From NCBI GenBank assembly GCA_048013815.1, contig CM106585.1, positions 12,958,001 through 13,022,000 on the forward strand: 64,000 nt of DNA. Reading direction: 5' to 3'. Position numbers and translations under genes: made by a program. A model generated the notes under the pieces. That model was not told the DNA's origin, did no database searches, and saw nothing but the letters and a program-made list of their open reading frames with translations. The DNA is from Setoptus koraiensis (lineage: Eukaryota; Animalia; Arthropoda). Positions 38,491 to 51,497 of the stretch are shown here, one piece after another (the first letter of the stretch is position 1; the number at the start of each line of letters is the position of its first letter).

Positions 38491-38716
38491 AGTGGTCACT
38501 TTGCGCAAAACCCTCAATTGTATTCGACAATTTCACTTTGTGCCAAAAACACCCCACAAGCGCAGCCCTCTACCTCGCGAGGTCAAAATAAGATAGAGAG
38601 AAGGGCACATTTTGACTGCTAAGTCCCCTTAATTGTCTTTTAGAATATCTTTCTAAGTAACGCAATCTGGCGGAATTGGCTCCAATTCATGAAGAACATT
38701 TACAGATCAAGAATTG

Positions 38717-39775
38717 TCATATCAACCTGTATGTTGGGCTGTGGCCGCTCGAACGCAGACTAGATGATACAAATATTTCGTAACAGGTAATATAATCCAA
38801 AGATTCAGCAAGAGTTTTGGTGAATCTAGAAATTTTCTTCTCACCAAGTTCGAATAGGGAACCGCCAAGTTCAGAATAGGTAAATTCGCTACAAAGACAA
38901 ATGCGCTTAGCATACAAACAATAAAAAATAAGACCTGGTTGTTCACAATAGTACGTAGGTCAATGTTGAGGAAGCATATCCAGTCAATTTTGCCCACATT
39001 TCGATCGATATTCATCCATGGATTAAGATATTTCGAAAACTAGTCGCCAGTGGGCGCTCAATTTTTTCTACCTTGAAAGTGGACCAGAGTACGTACATTT
39101 CATCATCTAGGCCCGAGATTCTCGGGTCAACTTTCGGATTTTTCGGCGCGATTTTTCTCGCATGAATGTTTATAGGATTTATTTTTCAAGGGCGCCTTGC
39201 CAAAAAAAAGTAAGTTGTTCGATAAATTTCATTCATATGAACGCTGAGGAGTGAATTCTTGGTATTGTTAGACAGCTGTCATGGCACAATATGTTATTGA
39301 CCGCAAAACATATATCGCGTCATTTCTCCGGAGTCAATGACCCTCAATCCGAGTGTTTTGTAACTCCTGAATGAGCTGGAGCCATTTGAGGCAAACCGCT
39401 TCCGTGTTTGGACATGGCACGATCGTCGGGAAGGTGTAGTTCCTGTTTCATTGCCATTATGTTGAACTGGTTAAATTTGATCGGATTAGCTCAATCTAGT
39501 TGCAGAGAGTTAATTGGTCATTTGTATGTGCTCTCAAATATGGATGCCTTGAATTCATGCACGAACGGATGTTCAATCATACACCTCTTGTACTTGGATG
39601 ACAGTCTGAAAACTATGGATATCCACCAGCTCAATATCTCATTAATATTTGGTCGAAGAGGCGGATAAAGCCACAAATTGGCGATAGTAGGTAATGGAGC
39701 ACCAGAGTCATCCAGATTAAACATTCCATTTTCAACAGCCAAAATTAATGCGAGCCTCAGATATCGAAGAAACAA
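38717..39775 (-). pseudogene. Probable decayed paralog of the family A secreted protein
   Basis: Colinear by-eye matches to 31713-33011 in broken frames: LFLRYLRLALILAVENGM vs FFEDLMRFGLAMALEHKI; ISIVFRLSSKY vs MSDVARRQGIY; SKYLN...DWICFL vs QKYMN...TWINLL; AKRICL vs AKVMYL. Several stops and frameshifts; identity is low. Confidence 0.45.
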
Positions 39776-40748
39776 TAGTTACCGCACTAGCGGCGAAGGT
39801 GCTTTTCTAGATTTCATGCCCAATTCAAATTGATATACCAGTATAACATTATAAGTGTACATTTGTTCGAGTAGAAAACTTATGAGGACGAAGAATGCAA
39901 TTCATGAAATTTCTAGCTCCCGGATATATGTTATCTGTCGATTATCGGGCTCAAATGGATCCATCCATGAATGGTCGCCCACCTTCTTGGATACTGGACC
40001 GGATAAGATCCGAATGTGGATCAAGATTCTGCTAGCTGGGCGGATCTATTATCCAGCCCGGATATCCATGAACATCTCCACTCTCAAGTTGCAACTAAAC
40101 ACGTTATATGCCATAAGCTTGTTGTTACGATGCGCAGGCGCTCGGTTGCTTTCGTGAGTAGCTGCCGACGGTATTGAAGCATAGCTGGTTCTGGCAAATC
40201 CTCACGCCTTGACATTGTTGTAACAAACTCAACGTTCTACGTGTATCGTTAGAAAATTTGTAGCCGCGTTGAGATATGTGTGTCCCAGGATTGCCATCAG
40301 TGATGGATCAAGTCTGAAAATCGCACAATGAGTTGTTGGTAGGCTTATTGATAGGCTGAAAAAATGGCTATATCTAGATGTTTCATGTTATTTGAATAGT
40401 CGGCTGCTTCATCTACCGACAAACATATGAATAACTCAACACGGACATGACGAATTTCCTTCTTTCTAGTGAGATAATAATAAATTGCGATGGTTCGCAC
40501 TATAAAAATAGAAATTTTCCAGGCAAACTTTGAAAAATGTTTCAGGCGAAATTTTCCAGACAATTTTTGAAAAATAATTCGGGCGAAATTTTCCATGATC
40601 TTCAATAACAATTGTCTACCATTGCATTTAGTTGTATATGAGTCGAAGTGTTCGATTGAGTTCCACGAGCCACATTCAGACATCGGTCATTATTTCGATT
40701 TGGATAAAAACGTTCAATATCACATACAAAGATAACAGACGCGGCCCA

Positions 40749-41903
40749 ATGGAGAAAAAAACGTTTGTCATCGGGTTTCTGACAGGGACGCTCCTTATAT
40801 CTCATCTGGGTCTCATTCAATCGGTTTCGATTATTCCTGTTACGTCAAAGGATCAATGTGTAGAGAAAATTGCCGATGTTGATTCGGTGCAAAAGTTCTT
40901 GGTATTCTGCGATACACTGAATATATCAGATGAAATCCTAAACCAATGCCTGCACAGTACTGATGGCTCAGCAGATTTGAGGGCGTTAAGAGAAATCGTC
41001 CTACAATTGTCGACGGTTCATTCTGTTTGCGAGCCAGATTACATCAGTAGATTGTTGCAAATGGACGAAAAAATGCGCAGCCATAGGAGTCGGGGTAAAA
41101 GACTTCACATGGAATCGAAACATCGCCTGTCACGATTTTTCACATTATTAACTGGCCAGGTTATTATAACTTGCAAAAGGAGTCTTGAAAATAAACTGGA
41201 ACGGGCAGAACGACAGCCAGGCGTTGAGGAGAGCTTGCAATCGATCGAAGAGAAGGAACAGGGCAAAATCTTGTTCGAGGAGTTGCCATTGAGCAAAAGT
41301 ATGCTTTATCTGGTCAAATTAATTATGCAAAGCAAACCATGGTTCACTCGGTTGCCAGACAATCTATTATTGGCCGAGTCGATAGAGAGTCCCGATGGAA
41401 AGCCACGATCGATTTATATCACTTTGAATAGCTTGGAAATGCTAGAAAAATACACGAAATTGAAGAAGGCCTGTACAGTGATTGATAGATACGCTCAGAG
41501 TTCCATCTACCCGATAGCGAGACTGGCTTCGAACGGCTATATGGCTACCGATGACTCAAGGGTTTTGGACCGGAATCTAAGGAGTAGCTCGCGCGTGGGT
41601 AGATGGCTCAATGTGGTGCAATATTGTCAGAGTGTGTCGATGCTTGAAGCTCAAATCGATACTGAGGGCGAAATCCCGCAAAGTTTGCAGGTAGAGCAAG
41701 AAAAGGCCGTTGGCAGTGTGTCAGAGGCATTCAGTTTTGAAGAAAGTGAAAGTTTTCACGATTTCGACCACAATATCAAGTGCTTCACTGCTTCCGCATT
41801 CGGAATGAGAAAATGGCTTCTAAAGCAGTCTGGCAATACTGATCAGAAGATGGCCAAACTGATGATGAAATTTTATGGAAATCCTGATAGAAAAAAACAA
41901 TAA
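40749..41903 (+). CDS. Intronless 384-aa orphan secreted protein (family B), Cys-spaced and predicted helical
   Basis: The ORF track gives 40632-41903, but the ATG at 40749 opens a signal-peptide-like segment (MEKKTFVIGFLTGTLLISHLGLIQS). The remainder is non-repetitive with spaced cysteines. No recognisable domain and no clear similarity to family A. Confidence 0.85.
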   Translation: MEKKTFVIGFLTGTLLISHLGLIQSVSIIPVTSKDQCVEKIADVDSVQKFLVFCDTLNISDEILNQCLHSTDGSADLRALREIVLQLSTVHSVCEPDYISRLLQMDEKMRSHRSRGKRLHMESKHRLSRFFTLLTGQVIITCKRSLENKLERAERQPGVEESLQSIEEKEQGKILFEELPLSKSMLYLVKLIMQSKPWFTRLPDNLLLAESIESPDGKPRSIYITLNSLEMLEKYTKLKKACTVIDRYAQSSIYPIARLASNGYMATDDSRVLDRNLRSSSRVGRWLNVVQYCQSVSMLEAQIDTEGEIPQSLQVEQEKAVGSVSEAFSFEESESFHDFDHNIKCFTASAFGMRKWLLKQSGNTDQKMAKLMMKFYGNPDRKKQ

Positions 41904-43607
41904 ATTCCATGTTTTCAAGCTCGCATTCGGAGGACGAACGTGAAAAGACGTTGAAAAACCATCGACTACACCAGGCCCTTTGAATGCGCACGTTGTTGCG
42001 GCAAATCATCGTGCGCTTGCAGTATAATGTTTCTGGTTGTCTCAGCAATGATGGCTGCAAAATAATTGGTAATAAACAGCGACAGCGTAATCGCTTAAAA
42101 ATCGCTTCACGACGAGTGGAGATACAATTATGAAAATCTGCCGTGCAACTAGATACGTCGTTTGGGACGTTTGTTCACACCGAAAAAGTCGATTTTCATC
42201 TGTTTTGTGGTTGAAAACCGGAATTCTCTTCAAATTGTACCGCTGATAAGTGTGCTTTTACAGACGATCAGACGATATTTATTACTAACTTCATGTATTG
42301 AATCTTATCATTGAAACTCAACATGCAAATTGCCATGACGTCCGAAAAAGAAAGAGAAAGGTAGTCACGCGTTGCACTGATAGGCAGTGTTTTTATTTCT
42401 CCTTTTCTTTCGCTGGCAACATTTCTCTGGATGGTCGTCGTGTAGACCGAGAGGTGAGTCACAGAAAAAGGAAGTGACATAGAGGTTTTGTTGGCAAGGG
42501 GGCGTGCGTTGAGCGATCAACAGCGCCAAACTGTAGAAGTGGCTAACAACTGAGTGACACTGACAAGGCGAACCCTTTTTCGTAGACATCTGTTTGAAAA
42601 AAAAATATCAGCTAGTTCCATGTGATTTTTCGTGAAATTGACGGTCTTCATATTCTTTTTTCCGTCTCTCGGCCTAATTTTGGGATCCCTGGGACTATCT
42701 TGATAATTTCTAATGCGCGATTGGCTCGCTGATCTTTTTTGTATTTTAGTCTCACGTCGAGAGGATTTATATTGTAAGACTTTAGAGTGAATCGGGATTA
42801 GTTTGAGTTTGTTTGGACAAACTGGCACAAGTAATAAGTGAGCGAGTGTGGCCTCGTTGTGTTGCATGCGAGCAATTTTCTGAATCTGCTCAATTCAAAC
42901 AAGAGGGACAAGCTGCAATGGTAGCTGATACATTTGTCATTGGCTGTATGCAACTGAAACTGTCGTAGAAAGCTGCAAGATATCAACTAGCGGCAATCGA
43001 GTGGCAATAGTGAGCTAACGAGAGAGAGAGCTAGCGTCCGCAACCAAACATTGCGAGAGAGGCAGAGAGTGACAGAAAGAGAGAGATAGCCAGCGATGGC
43101 GACTAAATATTGTAGGAGAAATAACCCGAGTTCCAGAGGATTTGCACTAAAGACTGGAATAGGATTATAAGAGAAACTTGTTGTTGCTGTCGTCTCTGTC
43201 TGCGTCTAATCCCTCGTCTCTCCTCTCATATTATATAACAATACCTGGTTATATACTATCGAAGTCAGCATTTTTATTCACTTGGCATGCACGCAAAATA
43301 AATTCTTGGTGCCGGCTTGTCAGCAAAGGATGTCCATCAGTGAAAATGTGTAGCAGCTCGATGAATCCCGCAGCGAGAGGTTTTCCGGCGTTATACCGCC
43401 AATCGCATGGTGCAGCCGCTCTCTGGATACGCAAATCAATTCGTATACGATTGAATAGGCTCGCCTTTGGAGTTTGCTCGGCGCACATGGCTCGTTGTTG
43501 CGGGCCCACAATAGCTAATGGCGCCCAGACACCGTCTACTGTATATGGATAAACGTTGAATTGCTTGACAATTTCAGACACTATTTATTTATAGTTGGCG
43601 TTGGCTT

Positions 43608-43698
43608 GGATACAATCCATGGATACACTCCATGGATACAATCCATGGATACAATCCATGGATACACTCCATAGATACAATCCATGGATATAATCCAT
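43608..43698. repeat. 13-bp tandem repeat (ggatacaatccat) x7
   Basis: Units at 43608, 43621, 43634, 43647, 43660, 43673 and 43686. Most junctions form the palindrome atccatggat or its tccatgga core. Confidence 0.9.
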
Positions 43699-44188
43699 GC
43701 ACACAATAATAGATAATAATAGATGGATGGCTAAGATAAGGTGAATATATATTTGTGGTAGTAATTTATTAATATTAGCAGTGGAAAGGCACCTAATATA
43801 GACAACACTGCTAATGGTGCAGCTCGCCTGGGCTAGCGAGTCTCAAGTGGGCCCAAGAAAAGAGTCTAAATGGGGTCTATCAGGCTGTGTTTGGGCTTAC
43901 GGATGAGTCGCTTTTCTAGGAACGCACACGCACTCAAGAGTCCCACCGAGGAGCCGAGCCTATTTGTCTACTATCCCGCTACTCACCTGCTCAATCATGA
44001 GTTATTAGTGTAAGCTATTATTATGACATCCAACGTGAGCCCCGATGAGAGCTACTCAACATCTCTCGGCACTATTGGCAAGCGACTTCTGGCAAGCTAC
44101 TTCTGGCCAATGAGAGAGATCAATTATGTAGTGCATTGTACGAGTGTGTTAGTCACTAGTCACTAAACGTTGTCTCCGTTGCACTGTG

Positions 44189-44272
44189 TTCAGTTGTTGT
44201 TGTTGTTGTTGTTGCTGCTGCTGCTGTTGTTGTTGTTGCTGCTGCTGTTGTTGTTGTTGTTGTTGCTGTTGT
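44189..44272. repeat. (TGT/TGC)n trinucleotide microsatellite, apparently non-coding
   Basis: Direct reading. Similar isolated CAA/CAG tracts lie at about 10345-10440, 14770-14835, 23190-23315 and 53665-53718, none in a convincing long ORF. Confidence 0.85.
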
Positions 44273-47200
44273 TGGGTAGTCAAAAGTGGACCAGCTAGAA
44301 CATTAATAAAATTTGCGAAAACATTTAATGCGTTCCTGTGTCGCCCTAGGTGTGCCCTCTATCCTGCCTTGTTCTTCTGCTTCACAACACTTGACACACA
44401 CAATAGAGACTTCTTCATCATCATCAACAATCAAGAGAGCATCGCATGAGAAAAGAAGAATTTTCTCTTCGCGGTGCCCTTGATGCTGTTGTCTCATAAA
44501 TCTAGCGACCTTCGACGACTATAGGCCCTGATATGCACGGCCTGCACCCGCTATACCGACAGGTAGCGTCTGTCATTGTGTTGCCAGCAGATATGTGTCG
44601 ACAAAATATCCACGAACGGATATTCGGCGATCATCCGCCAACTCAATTTCTGATAGATATCCACTCCGAGATAGGCGGATATTCGCATGAATTGAGCTAC
44701 AAAATGGCTTCAACAAAAGGAACATCAGAATTCTTATACACAACGGTCCTCTTGGAACACATAGTATCCGCTTCTTTGATCAGTTGCTATTGATTGTTGC
44801 TTGTAATAATGAAGGAACATCTGAGCATGACATCATGTCTAATTTGGCTTGGCTTCGATATGCATTGGAGACCACGTTTATCTCACGTTTATTTACAAAG
44901 ACGCGTGCGAAGATATATGCGAAATTTCACCACGATCGGATAGGACTTTTCCTAAATTAGTGCGCTCAGATATTCATGCTGTCTGGCGAATGTTCACCAC
45001 CTTTCATGGATATCCATGGATAATCGGCTTTTCTCAGATATCCAGGCTAGACATGACTTCATTCAACACCGACAAACTGCCACGAGGAAATCACTGGGCA
45101 TCTGTTCTGATATCGAGGTTGACACTGTTTCGCCAGAAAAAATTGTAGTTAGTAGTGTCTTTGGAGTGCTAACCCTATCGAGGGGGTCTGTGTCGATATT
45201 TCGACGTGCGAAATTTCAACAGTTCTTAATCTTGACCTTAAACAGTGCAAAATTTTGACGAAGCCTCTTTCCAAACAACTGTACAGTTGTTTACATTTGT
45301 CATCACATCTCGTGAGACAGTGATTTCTAGTAGTTTCTACAGATGAGATACATGTAGTAGTAACCAAGTCCAAACGATCAGTTTAGCGCTGTTTTAATTC
45401 ATTTTTCACGCGGATTGACAGATATACTTTACTGCCCTATTTGTAATAGAAAACGCTAACCTAACATTTATCTCTCTAGTCAGCCGATTGGATTTGTTCA
45501 TTCTAAAGCGGCGTAGATCATCTGTTTCAAATACTCGTGAAGAGTTGGTTCATTCTACATTTGATTTGAATTGTATCTACATGTATTTAAATTATTACAT
45601 TGCAGATTGATTGCATTCATTCGGATGGCACATGTGTATCGGCGATCTTTACTTCGCGAAAGTAGCAGCCTCTATGAGTGGCCGATTGGAATTTGATACG
45701 GACTGCGTTGGATCACAGCCGTTTCAAAATTTGTAATTAACGCAATGAGTGTCAAATTCTCATTGGCCACTCATGAAGGTTACGATACTTTCAATCCAGA
45801 TAAATAAGCGGTAAACATGAGCAATTTGGATGATTGCAACGAACCTGTGCAGACCCAGGATGTTAGTTTTCTTGACAGCTTCGACAGCTGATTATTCTTG
45901 CATTTGTGCCCCCGGAATCGGGAGTTTGGATGAATGTTTCGAAAGAGCAGGATTGCGCACTGGCGAAACAGTATACTGTCAAGATTTCATAGGACGAGAT
46001 ATTGCGCGGCGAGCAAACGTGCCCGTGCCCGTATTATTATCGCACCATCTGCGCTGGCTACATCCGCAGCAGATATTATCATTACTATTATTATTTGTTT
46101 TAAACAAGCGCAATCTTATCACACCGATGATAAGATTCCAATTTGCAGGTCGGGATCTGTGTGAGTTGGTGTTTTCTGCCTGTGTCGGCTGCAGACAAAT
46201 TGTCTAGCCAACTGTGGAGAGCCGAAAAGGTAGTATTATCATGATTTTTGGTGCGTGCAAGTGTCACACAAGCGCGTGCCAAAAAGAGTGAAGAGACAAC
46301 GGAAAATTGGAGAGCCGAGCCTCAGCCAAGTTGGCCCACTGTCATTGGTCGCTGTCTATTTTTCGCTGCCAGTTGCTGGTTGGCCGTGCTAGTTGTTAGT
46401 CGCTAGTCGCTGGTTGTTAGGTAACACAGAAGGAGAAACGAAGCAGAACAACTGTTTATTTATTTGTTTGTTTGTAGGGCAACTTTAGCCGGCGGAGTTA
46501 AAGTTGAGCCAGCCGAGATTTGTTTTTATCTGGCGTGTCTTTGGCGCGCCAGAGAGAGAGAGTAACGCCAAACGCTGTCAATTTTTCCATTCTGTTTGTG
46601 GACGGGCTGCAACATACTAAAGCGGGCACAAGGTGCGCTCGCGAACACACAAACTCGTCGCTAGATACATATCGCCGCTATATATGCCGCTATATATGCC
46701 GCTATATGGTCGTTTGGTGGCCGTGGACGTATAGCGCCGTCGAAAGTGCAGCAACTTGCGGCAGCTGAGCCGTTGATTTCTTTGTTTGCCTCTTTCGGTG
46801 TTGCGTTGTCGCGACTGGCCAGACATAGAAAGACACAGAGAGACAGAGAGAGACAGAGAGACAACGACGAATTGGCATCGCAGCACGAGTTCGCATCAAC
46901 GACAAGCAGCAAAAACAAGTGGAGCAGACGCGGAAATGCAAAGGGCACAAGTGGCGCCAACGAGCAACGAGCAACCAGCCAACTGGGCCAACAATCAAAA
47001 AAGTAACAACCAAAACAGTGGCAACCAGCTGAAACTCACTGGCCGTGAGTAACAACTCGCACAGTTGCCACTAATAACAAAGCTAACACAACAAGCTGTC
47101 TGTCGATTACATAACAGCGCGAGCTCACCTGAGATTGGTGCGCAAACTTGCTGAGCGAGTTTATTCTCAAATTAGCATGTAACTGACTTATAACTGGAGC

Positions 47201-50200
47201 ATCGTTGGAGCCACGACAGAGCCGCAACGGACCCGCTCCGTCGACAAACGATCGCGCTCTCAATCTTGAATTACAGGGCGCAAAACAATAACAGTTGATC
47301 CATTCAGCGGTTTTCCACTATTGTTCATACATCTACGTATTCGATTTACATTTGGCAGGCTGGCCAAGAGTTGCGTGAAATGTCCGCTATTGAAAGTGAC
47401 CCATTATGCTGGCTGCTGTAGCAGCCAGCGTTAATAGCTCTGACCGTGACCTCGACGCGCCCTCTATTCATTTTGTGTTTGCGCCACGGATTGCGCAACT
47501 ACAAATATCCGCTCATCCGCAAACCGCCACGGTCATTTCATCGGCGGCTCGCAGCACGATCGTTTTAGCGGCGGCTCGCAGCACGTGCAAGCCGTCAGAC
47601 ACACAACTGTTATTGACCGGTTAGCGATAGCCGATACGCGACGTCCGATCAGACGTCGGCTCACCTGAGATTTGCTCAGCTGTCATTGGCCGTCGGCAGC
47701 AAGCGATTTGAGTGGGCGAATTGAGTTTGCCGCATCACTCATTTCTGGCAGTTGTCGCCATTCATTGGAGCCATGCTGATACACGTGCAACGCTGACATT
47801 AGCGGCCATTCCATTGAATAGCGGCGCGATATTTGTGGCTTGTGTCAGCACGGTGACAGTTGCCCAGATACACCCACTCACAAATGATCTAACTACTGAT
47901 TTGGTCGCGCACAAAAACAGAATGCATAAAGAGCCCCCAATATAAATGAGAGAGAGAGAGAGAGAGAAATAGAATTGGCGCCTCTCAGTCAATTGACTTG
48001 AATGGTTTCAAGCAGGAGAAATGGAGAGAAAAGAATCGTGTGTCGCCGTAAAAGCATTCGACAATTGACATTTGACTGCCGCACACAAGCCAACAAAATT
48101 TATTTATTCAATCAGCCAGCAGCAGCAGCGTTTTGTGTGTAACGTTACGTGATGACATTAACACTGCCAATTGTGGGACACAATCATTCATGTGATTGCT
48201 GGTTCGCTGTGAATCATAATTCGCGTTGTTGCGCGAGTTTTGTTTTCGTACAAAAATGAACGTCAGGTGAGTGAGGGGCCCGATAAAAGGTAAAAGGGGA
48301 ACAAGTTGCAAATATTAGTTAGTCGTTGTTGTTGTTGTTGATGGCAGCGAAAATTAGTTGAGTGCATTAGTTATTATTGCAAACACAACTTGTTTTACCA
48401 TCTAGCAGAGATTCGCTTCAACGGATTTGCTCCGGCTTCACCACGTGCAAACAAGAGATGACAGGTGATAAACGGCTCGTGTGTGCCTTGAGTTCAATGT
48501 ACGCCACTTGTCAATGTCAGCTGATGTCACATGCTTGTTGGCATTATAATTACTGCCGAACAATTACGGTGAATGAACTTGGGTAATTTTGGCAATCCAA
48601 TCAGCAGAAGCGAAAATTGCTGATCAAAAGCAGCATCTCCATTGCGATTTGGAACTGCGCTGACAACTGACTGTGAATACAACTAAACTAAATATAACAA
48701 CTATAACAACTATAGTTATATTGTTTGGCTGGTTGTTTGGCTCGCCGAAGAATTCTTTCGATTTTCATTCAGAAATCGGACTGGATGCTGAAGTGAATAC
48801 TTCGAAATGCCCACACCTCAGATGCCATGCTGATTAATCAGCATGACTATGTTGTAATAATCAGCTATTCACGAGTGCATTAGGGCTGTGAGAAGATTAA
48901 CGGTCCTCATTCGCGAATCGCGAATGCCTCCAATCATCGGTTGACTTTTCAATTGGACACATGTACTAATTGTACGGTTGATGGATTGTGCCGTATGTAT
49001 GTGACCCCCTAAACATAGATTGACAGTGGCTAGGCGCTACTCATTACACAATGAGTATTACACAATAAGAGCGAGTTGTGATCATTGCGTGATCATTCGC
49101 GCTTTTATTGAATATCCGAAATACTCGTTGAGAAACTTCTTTCATCTGATGTGACATGAATCACTAGGTACCGGCGATAGTCAATATGTGTTCATGGCGA
49201 CAATTAAGGACAATGGGCCAGTTATTCATGCGTGCGCTCATGATTTGATTTTACATACTTAATACATATGAATACGTTACAAATGCTAATATATAATAAT
49301 ATAAATAAGGCACGCACACCATATATCACATTCTCAGAAGAACACTGGCCACGCTTTTCTATATGGCATAGCAATGCATCGAGCTAGCTCGCCATGTATC
49401 CCATGTAACCCATTATGGCCTAGATGGGCATTCGCATTCGAACAATAGAACGCGCTTTGAATTTCAAGAAGCCAACGAGCAATGCACAAGGGCACCGGAA
49501 ATGGGCGTCATCAGGTGGGCGATACCGAGGCCACTTGTACTATTTCTGTCGAGCAAACGATGATTGAGTCACGTAAATTTTTTTATTTTATATTTTACCC
49601 TCTCTGCCTTGAATTGCTGCTTTTGTTGTTGATTCGTAGCTACGTGGACGACCTTTATTTTCCTTTTCTAGATCATTATCTCCCATTGGAGGGCTTTTTT
49701 CAATTTCTCATTTCTATTTCTAAATTATACTTTTGGCCAGTATTTATTTATATTCTGTCTGTATCCACATGCCGCGTTTATATGCAGTGAAATAATAATA
49801 ACAACATCAACATACTGTGTTCGAACGCCACACCAACAACCAATTTGATGCAGGCTGGCTGGCTGGCCGGGCGCCAAGGTGATCCAGTAGCGAGAGAAAA
49901 AAGCGTGACAAAAAGATGAAAGTTGCAAAATTGTAAAGAAGCCAACATCGTACCCACACGTGTCAAAAGGCACGTTTTATCGAGCCCTAGCCCAGATTAA
50001 CCTGTACTTGGAGGCCTCTCCTCTAGGTGGCGCCCATATACTCTTATCATAAGAGTCTTATGTCTTGTCGCTTGCGGCTTGGCACGGCCTACAAGCTTTG
50101 CATCAGTTAGTTGCATCTCTATTGATGATGTGTGACTGGGCCGGCAACAAATCAGTGTGATCAACGGATATTGCCTAGACTATCAGACCAGACAGGTAGA

Positions 50201-51497
50201 CAAACTGATAGACAAATCAGATTATATTACAGATCAGCGCCACTGTAGATCGGGCGTCGATAGTACAAGTCAATAATAAGCTGATTGTATAATAACAATC
50301 AATTGATAATCTGGCGTAATTAGATCACAAGATTTGAGTGTGCAGTGGGCGCAAGAGGACCAACTGAAACCACCACACTACACCGAGACCCGTTGACCCG
50401 TCATTGATTGCAATGCCACTAATTAAGGGGCCCCATCTGTGCTCAATTACTGGGCTGCTTCACGGACACAGATAACGAGTTGATTTGTGGCCAAGCTCAG
50501 GCCAGCCTCACAATCATCTAAACAAAAGGTTCGCTGTCGTACTCCGGCAAACTCAATCGCCAATTATGAGCATCATAACCACATTTTCAACTGCTCAATG
50601 TATGATCGAGCGACGTGCGGTCAGTGTGTACAGTTGCGTTGCGTCAGTTAAAATTACCGGTATTACGTGACGTGAGGCACGTAATCATTTGTCATTTGTA
50701 GTGTTTGTCAAACAACATGACAGTGATGTGAGAGCTTTTAGATTGCCCTTTTGGTGAAAATAATACAGGTCGTAAACTGCTTATTGCATCGCATCATCAT
50801 CGCACCTCATCTCAGACACAACATATCTGAGATAACATACGGCAACGGAGACGTTGTTATGCTAGGCTGCATTCTTTGTACTTTGGTACTTTTCACTTGG
50901 ACACACACATTCGGTGAAATGGGTTTGAAAATTGGCCCTAAGTGGACATTGTTGTCGCGCTGCAAACAAGCTGCAGTCAACTGTTCCGGCAAATGGATCG
51001 CGAATAGAATTTGATACATTTGTTCAGTGACTCGTGTGATGAAAATCAATCAGGGAGCACTCACAGAATGGAGCTGCTTGCGGAGCTGCCAAATTTAAAA
51101 TCTTTTCACATATACGCGCGCGTTGCACTTAAGATATCAGTGGGGACCGTCGGGCCAAATAAGTTGACGGATGGCGAGTTTGAGTTATTCAGCCCGCTAA
51201 CTAACATGTCAGCATACTGCTGGGGCCTCTTGTCCCGATTGTGTTACGTCACGGCCGCTAGCTAACAGAGACAGCAGCCCATTGAGAAAGGATGTATAAA
51301 TGTCCAAACAGACAGTTATCGCTAGCTAAACCAACCATAACTAAACAAATGGATGGCTTAACAGGACAAAAGATTCTTTTGAATAGAGAACAGACAAGCA
51401 GCGGTTGGTTTGCTTGGCCAAGAGAGGGACAGTTGCAGGCAAACAAGCTGTCTGTGTAGCATTAGAGCGAGAATTGATTGACGTGGCTGCTTGCTAT

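Noticed and set aside
45830-45990. EGF-like snippet DYSCICAPG
   Set aside because: The other EGF cysteines and glycine spacing are missing and the rest of the ORF is not EGF-like.
51011-51265. LPNLKSFHIYARVALKISVGTVGP resembling an FN3 C-terminal strand or an LRR unit
   Set aside because: It fits two unrelated motifs equally poorly, and there is no N-terminal half of the domain or neighbouring exons.
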